From Paramoeba atlantica (Eukaryota; Protista; Discosea), in assembly GCA_977017575.1 (NCBI GenBank), contig CDRNVI010000228.1, positions 1 to 14,789 of the forward strand: a stretch of DNA of 14,789 nucleotides, given 5' to 3'. Numbering within the stretch: position 1 is the first letter of the stretch; every line of letters starts with the position of its first letter. The position numbers were made by a program, and so were the translations under genes. A model generated the notes under the pieces. The model had not been told where the DNA came from, did no database searches, and saw only the letters and a program-made list of their open reading frames with translations. Positions 8,635 to 14,789 of this stretch are shown here, piece after piece.

Positions 8635-8960
8635 AATCCCCACATGACAATTGTGTCACATTACAACAATCTGGCAAAGCGTCCACCAGCCAGAAAACAT
8701 CACAAGGTAAACACCTTCTTTATCACAGGTGACACCATCCCAAGGTCGAATGAAATCGCAAGGGGGAAGTAGGTTGAAGCCAATTTGTTTTTAAGAACCA
8801 TCATGAGCCTCCTGTCTGAAGGTACAGCTCTTCCAACACAAGACGTTCGGAAAGAGATGGAACATGAGATGGAGTCGGAGATGGAACAGGAGACGGAGTT
8901 GGAGAAGGAACAGAAATCGGAGGTAGAGATGGAACAGGGGACAGGAGATTCAAAAGAGAG
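8535..8960 (-). pseudogene. Decayed LRR-protein N-terminal cap region (Pro/Ser/Thr linker + LRRNT-like motif) with a following intron
   Basis: A frame missing from the ORF track reads SPVPSLPPISVPSPTPSPVPSPTPSHVPSLSERLVLEELYLQTGGS*WFLKTNWLQPTS. After a +1 shift in C5 (8762-8766) it continues PCDFIRPWDGVTCD, and after another shift CCNVTQLS. This fits the ER..L..LY..TGG..W....NW....C.W.GV.C cap of eukaryotic LRR proteins. In-frame TGA at 8801-8803. Confidence 0.7.
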
Positions 8961-9396
8961 AATTGTTGAGAGAGATTTTTTTTGTTTCAAAAAAAATTTC
9001 GAAAAATCATAACCCAACACGAAGAGAGAAAGTCTTTTCTTGAAGATCGATTTCTATTTCACGAAAAAAAAATCTTAGGAAACTAAATTAAAAACCACCA
9101 ATTGTGGAAAAAGGTCATGCAAAAATCCACTCTCAAAAAATCACTTTCCACAAAAAATGAAAAAAAATACTCACCCTTCAAAATTGAAGAGAAATCTTGT
9201 CCTAATTCATAAAAATTCCATTTTGCCATCAAAAGAATTGAGAAGAAAACGAAAATTGAATGAAGGAAAGGCAACGAAAACAAAAAACTCGATGTTTCTG
9301 ATCGAAAAACAGAGCAAATTCAACCAATGAAAAGGACTCTTTTCAAAGGAAAGAAAAAAAGTGGAATAAAATTGAACCTCTTCAATTTCTCTCCAA

Positions 9397-11075
9397 TTAC
9401 CTCCACCACGAAATCAACTTGCTCTCATAATCTGAAACAAGAATTGCTCCAAAAGAATCAATAACAATCCCACGAGGTCTTTTCATGTGATCTTCACCAA
9501 AAGAAAAAAGAAATGTTCCATCTTTCTCAAACACACTCACTCTTCCATTTCCTAATTCACCAACAACAATTCTACCTTCCCCATCCACATCAACACTTCT
9601 TGGACACTCCAATTGAGAAACACCTGAACCTCTTGTTCCAAAACATCGAATAAAATTCCCTTCAATATCCATCACTTGAATTCGATGATTTAAACCATCG
9701 CAAATAACAATATTCCCATCTCTATCAACTGCAACAGCATAAGGTTTGTTAAATTGACCTTCAGAAGAACCTCTCGAACCAAAAGAATGAAGAAAAGATC
9801 CATCATTATCAAACACTTGAATTCGATGAGACCAAGTATCACAAACAATAATATTACCTTCTTCATCCACACCCACTCCCCATGGTCTGTCAAACTGACC
9901 AAGTTGAGAACCATTTGATCCAAAAGATTTGATTAACTCTCCTTCTTTGTTTAATATTACAACTCGAAAAGAATCTCTAGACCAATCAAGAACAACAATT
10001 TGGTCATTCAATCCAATTGCAGCATCAACAGGTTCCAACTGAAGTGAATCAACTGTTTTCTGAATTGATTGAATCTCATTTCCTTCTTTATCTCTCACTC
10101 TCATCCCACCCTTCCATTCGCAAATAAAGAGATTCTCATCACTGTTCACACACACTCCTAAAGATTCATTCAAAGGAAAAGAAGAAAAGACACGAAACGA
10201 ATCACCACCACCATCACAACAAATCACTCCTTTCTTTGGTTTAGATCGCAAGGATGGCGCAACTCCAGCCTCAGAAACAATATCATTTGCGGTTTGAAGA
10301 AGAGTTGAAAAAATTTGATCATCAAAAAAGAGAGAAAGATCCGTTGGTGTGTTGGATAAACGAATAATTGAATCTTTTCTGATTCTCAAATCTTCTTTCT
10401 CCAATTCTATTTCTTTCTTTTCCATTCTTTTCTTTTCTAATTTCTCTTCTAATTCTTTCATTTCTTCTTCAATCCTTTTTCTTTTCTTTTCAACAATCTT
10501 CAATCTTTTCTCCAATCCATCTCCAATCTTTATAACTTCATTTCTCTTCTTCAAAATACTTTCTTCAATCGATTTCACTTTCTCTTTGTGTTGAACATGA
10601 GTTTCAAGAACACAACAAACACAAACAAAAGAAGAACATTCAAAACAATATCCACATATCAACTCAGATAAATGGATTGAACACTTTTCTTTCTTCATCT
10701 CTGAGTTCTCATCATCGCCACCACCGCTGTTTGTTTCGCAAAGGACCGGCTCTGGTGGCAAAATTAAATCATTGAGCCAAAATCAACAAAAAGAAAATTG
10801 ATCCTTCAGCAAGAAAAAAAAATCATCTCAAAATAAATGAAACCAAGAAAAAGAAACCTGATTGATTGGAAGAGGGTTTTGAAAACAAATTGGAAGAGGA
10901 AGAAAGAAGAACATCAATCGTTTCTGGAATCAAATAATTCATCGAAAGTTCCTCAACGCTTTCACATTCATTCATTTCTCTACAAACAGGACATTTCACT
11001 TCTTTCAAAGAGGAAGGGGATAAAGAAGAAGAAGAGGAAGAGGAAGAAGAGGGAAATGAGGAAGAAGAGGAAGAA

Positions 11076-11106
<31 letters not shown>

Positions 11107-11395
11107 GATTTTGAAGAAGAAAAAGTTTGTTGAGACAAAGAGAACAAAAAGAAAGACCACAACAAGGTAACAACCTTGGTTCTTTTTCCCAACTCATCAA
11201 TTCCAAACATATTCCACATTCAAATTTTTTCTTTTTCTTTTCTTCTTCTCTCTTTCTTCTTTTCATTGCCACTTCTTCTTCTCTTATCTCATTCCCAACA
11301 ACAGGATCAGCGCTTTGTTCTTTCCTTTTTCTTTTTTTCTCTGCATTCTCACTTTCTCCTCCCATTCCTCTTCTCTTTCCGATTCCTTCACTCAT
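9397..11395 (-). CDS. TRIM-NHL copy 4, intact, complement(join(9397..10751,10858..11395)), 630 aa: RING, single B-box2, coiled coil, six NHL repeats
   Basis: ATG 11395 (MSEGIGKRR), RING as in copy 3, B-box2 CSIH..CFEC..CVCC..H..H, TAA 9397-9399. Spliced length 538+1355=1893 nt is divisible by 3. The exact acceptor (CCACCAG|AG) was inferred from phase. Confidence 0.88.
10752..10857 (-). other. Phase-1 intron (106 nt) of copy 4
   Basis: TCAG|GTTTCT donor at the same codon position as in copies 2 and 3. The TTTTGCCACCAG acceptor gives an in-frame join. Confidence 0.75.
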
Positions 11396-11489
11396 CTAAT
11401 CATTCAACACACAGAGAAAACACAAAAAAAAGGAGAAAGGGGTCCAAACGAAACAGAAGAGAGAGAAGAGAAAGAGAGAGGGAAAAACG

Positions 11490-11580
11490 AAAAAGAAAAA
11501 GTTTTTGGTGTGTTTCTGTGATATTTTTTTCAGAGGTTTAAAAAGTTTTGAATCCTCTTTTCGTACCCTTCCTTTTTTTC
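11490..11580 (-). promoter_or_regulatory. Conserved upstream non-coding block of copy 4 (putative core promoter/TSS)
   Basis: 90/91 identical to 4552..4642 and ends 95 nt upstream of ATG 11395. Weaker similarity extends to about 11700 versus about 4405. Confidence 0.55.
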
Positions 11581-12126
11581 TCTTTTTTTCTGTTTTTTTC
11601 TCTCTTGTTCTTTCTTTCTTTCTTTCTTTCTTTCTCTCTCTTTTCTTGGTTCTCTCTATTTCAGTTTTCTTGGACCGATTTCTCTCTCTCTTTTTGAATC
11701 CGACACAAATTGACCTTTGTGTTCCTCTCTCTTTTCTCTTTTCATGTTTGTTTTTTATTTCTTTTTTCTTTTTTCATGATTTTCTTCTCAAGATTCAATA
11801 TTATTTTCTGTTCTTTTCAGTGACTCTCGCGTATTTTTTGTCTTCTCTCTCTCTCTTTGTTGTGTGGAGGAGGTGTGTTCTTGAACTCCTTTGAAGGTGA
11901 ATTGTTTTTGGTTGGAAAAAAAACAGACTCTTGTATTATTTTGTTCTCCTCTCTTTCTTTCCTTTTTCTTTTCTTCTTTTTTCATTTCTTTAAGCTCTTT
12001 CTTTTTTCACATATTAAGAGAAGAGAGAACTACGTTGAATTGTCGTTGTTGGAAAACTGTGTGTTTTGGTTTTGATTGAAAGAAGAGCAAAAAGAGAATG
12101 AGTGGACAACAAGGAAAGAGAAAGAG

Positions 12127-12264
12127 AGAATGAGTGTGTTTGAGAAAGATGGAACATTTCTTTTTTCATTTGGTAAACCTCGTGGGATTGTTATTGATTC
12201 ATTTGGAACAATTATTGTTTCAGATGAATCGAAAAATTCAATTGATTTGTGGAAATCACTTTGA
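12127..12264 (+). pseudogene. Orphan NHL blade 6 cassette
   Basis: Reads RMSVFEKDGTFLFSFGKPRGIVIDSFGTIIVSDESKNSIDLWKSL*. It has a 15-nt in-frame deletion before the Pro relative to the full copies, and nothing NHL-like upstream. Confidence 0.9.
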
Positions 12265-13793
12265 AAGTAGATGGAGGTTTTTTCTTTTCTCTTTTTTTCT
12301 TTTTTGATTTTGATTTGTTTTATTTTATTATTTTGGATCTTTTTTTTCTTTCTTTTTTATTTTTGTTTCCTTTTTTGTTTGAAGAAAATTAAAAACAAGA
12401 AATTAATATTTTTTTTCTCTTCTCTTCTCTTTTCCCCTTCCTCCCCTTCCTCCCCTCCTCCCTTTTCTCCTTTTTAGTCTCTGTTGTGGTGTGCAGTGGT
12501 CTTCTTCTTCCCCCCCAAATCATCATCATTCTTCTTCTTCCAATTTTTGATTCAATTTTGATCCTTCTTCTTCAAAACCCTTTTCTTTGATTTTGTTTCT
12601 CCTCTTCATTTTTGTGTTTTGTTGTTGTTGTGTTTTTGTGTTTTTGTAAAAAATTTCTCTCTCTTTCTCTTCCTCTTCTCTTTTTTTTTTGATTTAAATT
12701 ATTTTTCTTTTTTGTTTTCTTCAAATTTTGTTTTTGTTAAAAAGAAATGATTCTTTTTTGTTCTTTGGTGTTTTCCTGTCTTTTTGTTGAGATTTTTGTT
12801 CCTTCTTTTTTGTTTTTTGTTTTTTGTTTTTTGTTCTTTTTTTGATTCATCTTTTTTATTTGGTTTCTGAAAACACTCTTTTAAAACTCAAAAACAACCT
12901 TTTTTTTCTTTTTTTTTGTTGGGGAGAGGAGGAATTCATATTTTGGTTGATTGAATGAGAGAAACATAATTTTTGGAAAAAAGAAATTTTAATGATAAAA
13001 AAATGAAGAAATAGTCCACAAAAGGTTCAAGAATCGAGATAATTCTCACCCACCCTAACCAAAACCAAACAAAGGACACTCCCACATCAAAAACAAAAAG
13101 CAACAACAAAATTGAGAGATTAAGAAAGAAGGAAGAAAAGAAAGAAAAGAAAGAAAGAGAGAGAAGAAAGACAAGGGATAAAAGAAACAGACAAAGGGAG
13201 AGGGAAGTGAGGGAGAGGAGGAGAGGAGAGAGAAAGAAGAATCATTATTGGTCTGTGGAGGAAATCGAAAAAAAAAGGTTTGAAAGAAGGAGAATAAAAT
13301 CAAAGCGAAAAATTGGGAACAAAGAACACCCCAACATTTTGTGCACCAGAAGAGACTAAAAAGAAAGGAAAAGGGAGGGAACGAAAGAGATAAAAATCGA
13401 ATCGAAATTGAAGAAGAAGAAGGTGATTGGAAAAGAAGAAGACCACACCACACCACAACAGACACTAAAACTAAAAGAAGGGGGAGGGAGGAGGAGAGGA
13501 GGGGAGGGAGGAAAGAGTAAAAAAATTAATATCTTTCATTTTCCTTTAAAAACAAGAAAAAAAAGAAACAAAAATAAAAATGATACAAGAAAAAAGAAAA
13601 GAAAGAGAAAAGAAAATGAAAAAAAAAACCTTTCCTCCTCTGTTTCAAAGTGATTTCCACAATCCAATTGACTTTTTCTCAAACTCTGAAACAATAATTG
13701 TTCCAAATGAATCAATAACAACCCCAATAGGATCCTTCATGTGATGTTTACCAAATGAAAAAAGAAATGTTCCATCTTTCTCAAACACACTCA
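12127..13793. repeat. Imperfect inverted repeat: arms about 12127..12610 and 13280..13793
   Basis: Perfect 48-nt inverted match (12131..12178 vs 13746..13793), shared TGGAAATCACTTTGA end, and similar 3' flanks (TTTTAGT.TCTGTTGTGGTGTG..GTGGTCTTCTTC). Confidence 0.8.
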
Positions 13794-14787
13794 CTCTTCC
13801 ATTTCCTCTATCACAAACAACAATTCTACCTTCCCCATCCACATCAAGACAGTCTGGAGAGTTCAATTGAGAATCACCTAAACCTCTTGCTCCAAAACAT
13901 CGAATAAAATTCCCTTCAATATCCATCACTTGAATTCGATGATTCCCCAACTCAGAAATAACAATATTCCCATCTCTATCAACTACAACACCGCTTGGTT
14001 GATCAAATTGACCTTCAGAAGAACCTTTTGAACCAAAAGAACGAAGAAAAGATCCATCATTATCAAACACTTGAATTCGATGATTCCAAGTATCACAAAC
14101 AATAATTCTACCTTCTTCATCCACATCCAAACCACATGGTTCATTAAACTGACCATCTTTAGAACCTTTTGATCCAAAAGAATTGATCAATTCTCCTTCT
14201 TTGTTTAAGATTACAACTCTATGAGAATCTTGAGAATAATCAAGAACAACAATTTGATCATTCAATCCAATTGAAACATCAACAGGTTTCACCTGAAGTG
14301 AATCAATTGTTTTCTGAATTGTTGATTCAATCATCTCATTTCCTTCTTTATCTCTCACTTTCAATCCACCCTCCCAACCTTCAGAAATAAAAATATTCCC
14401 ATCACTGTTCACACTCACTCCATAAGGATGATTCTTCAAAGGAAAAGAAGAAACAAAATGAAAAGAATCACCACCACCATCACAACAAATCACTCCTTTC
14501 TTTCCAAATCCAACAACACCTCCTTCAAAAACAATATCATTTGCAGTTTGAAGAAGAGTTGAAAAAAGTTGATCATCAAAAAAGAGAGAAACATCACAAT
14601 CAGTTGTTGTTGTTGTTGGTGTGTTGGATAAACGAATAATTGAATCTTTTCTGATTCTCAAATCTTCTTTCTCCAATTCTATTTCTTTCTTTTCAATTCT
14701 TTTCTTTTCTAATTTCTTTTCTAATTCTTTCATTTCTTTTTCAATCCTTTTTCTTTTCCCTTCAATCTCAATCAATCTTTTCTCCAA
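13645..14787 (-). CDS. TRIM-NHL copy 5, 5'-partial (coiled coil + six NHL repeats)
   Basis: Open frame from the window edge to TGA 13645-13647, colinear with copies 2-4 from the coiled coil onward. Confidence 0.93.
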   Translation of the reverse strand: MEKRLIEIEGKRKRIEKEMKELEKKLEKKRIEKKEIELEKEDLRIRKDSIIRLSNTPTTTTTDCDVSLFFDDQLFSTLLQTANDIVFEGGVVGFGKKGVICCDGGGDSFHFVSSFPLKNHPYGVSVNSDGNIFISEGWEGGLKVRDKEGNEMIESTIQKTIDSLQVKPVDVSIGLNDQIVVLDYSQDSHRVVILNKEGELINSFGSKGSKDGQFNEPCGLDVDEEGRIIVCDTWNHRIQVFDNDGSFLRSFGSKGSSEGQFDQPSGVVVDRDGNIVISELGNHRIQVMDIEGNFIRCFGARGLGDSQLNSPDCLDVDGEGRIVVCDRGNGRVSVFEKDGTFLFSFGKHHMKDPIGVVIDSFGTIIVSEFEKKSIGLWKSL

Positions 14788-14789
14788 TC

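Noticed and set aside
8801-8803. In-frame TGA in the LRR-like frame as a sign of TGA recoding
   Set aside because: TGA terminates copies 2 and 5 and both cassettes at the homologous C-terminus, Trp is encoded by TGG throughout, and the same remnant also has frameshifts.
8785-9012. Plus-strand ORF with EMEHEMESEMEQETE repeats
   Set aside because: It is the antisense reading of the Pro/Ser/Thr stalk of the minus-strand LRR-cap remnant, which has the recognisable motif and splice signals.
12610-13080. T-rich then A-rich spacer as a possible hairpin element or MITE
   Set aside because: The complementarity is only compositional. I found no specific terminal inverted repeats or target-site duplication.
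290-13930. CRISPR-like pattern of identical 29-48 nt blocks separated by variable sequence
   Set aside because: The blocks are in-frame coding scaffold of paralogous NHL genes in both orientations, not a regularly spaced direct-repeat array, and there are no cas genes.
9545-13960. Same motifs in different blades of different copies (ELGN in copy 4 blade 5 and copy 5 blade 4; KDPI in copy 1 blade 5 and copy 5 blade 6) as inter-blade transfer
   Set aside because: The codons differ (GAA TTA GGA vs GAG TTG GGG; AAA GAT CCA ATA vs AAG GAT CCT ATT), so convergence or chance is more likely than DNA copying.
2-14787. Diversity-generating retroelement explanation for the variable codons
   Set aside because: There is no reverse transcriptase and no invariant A-rich template repeat in the window. 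Some variable sites change non-A bases (GAG/GAC, CCT/CCA in blade 4), and variation is spread over all blades. It is kept only as a test in the codon finding.

Overview
AT-rich eukaryotic DNA with short GT-AG spliceosomal introns, long purine/pyrimidine tracts and the standard code; it looks protist-like, but the taxon cannot be determined here. The window is a cluster of paralogous TRIM-NHL (RING, B-box(es), coiled coil, six-blade NHL propeller) E3 ligase genes in mixed orientation. Two copies are intact and spliced: join(5028..5655,5807..7383) and complement(join(9397..10751,10858..11395)). Two are cut by the window edges (<2..556 and 13645..>14787), and one is frameshifted (1801..3973). There are also three TRIM-NHL remnants (718..1170, 8311..8527, 12127..12264) and a decayed LRR N-cap-like gene abutting one of them. 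The main signal is that propeller scaffold DNA is nearly identical between copies, while the codons around each blade's Pro and after its Asp are hypervariable. In addition, orphan last-blade cassettes sit inverted and tail-to-tail with full genes and share perfect 29 and 48 nt blocks with them. Together this suggests a diversifying, possibly recombination-shuffled, receptor/E3 repertoire. Most ORFs in the supplied track are low-complexity or alternate-frame artefacts. All alignments and counts were done by eye.
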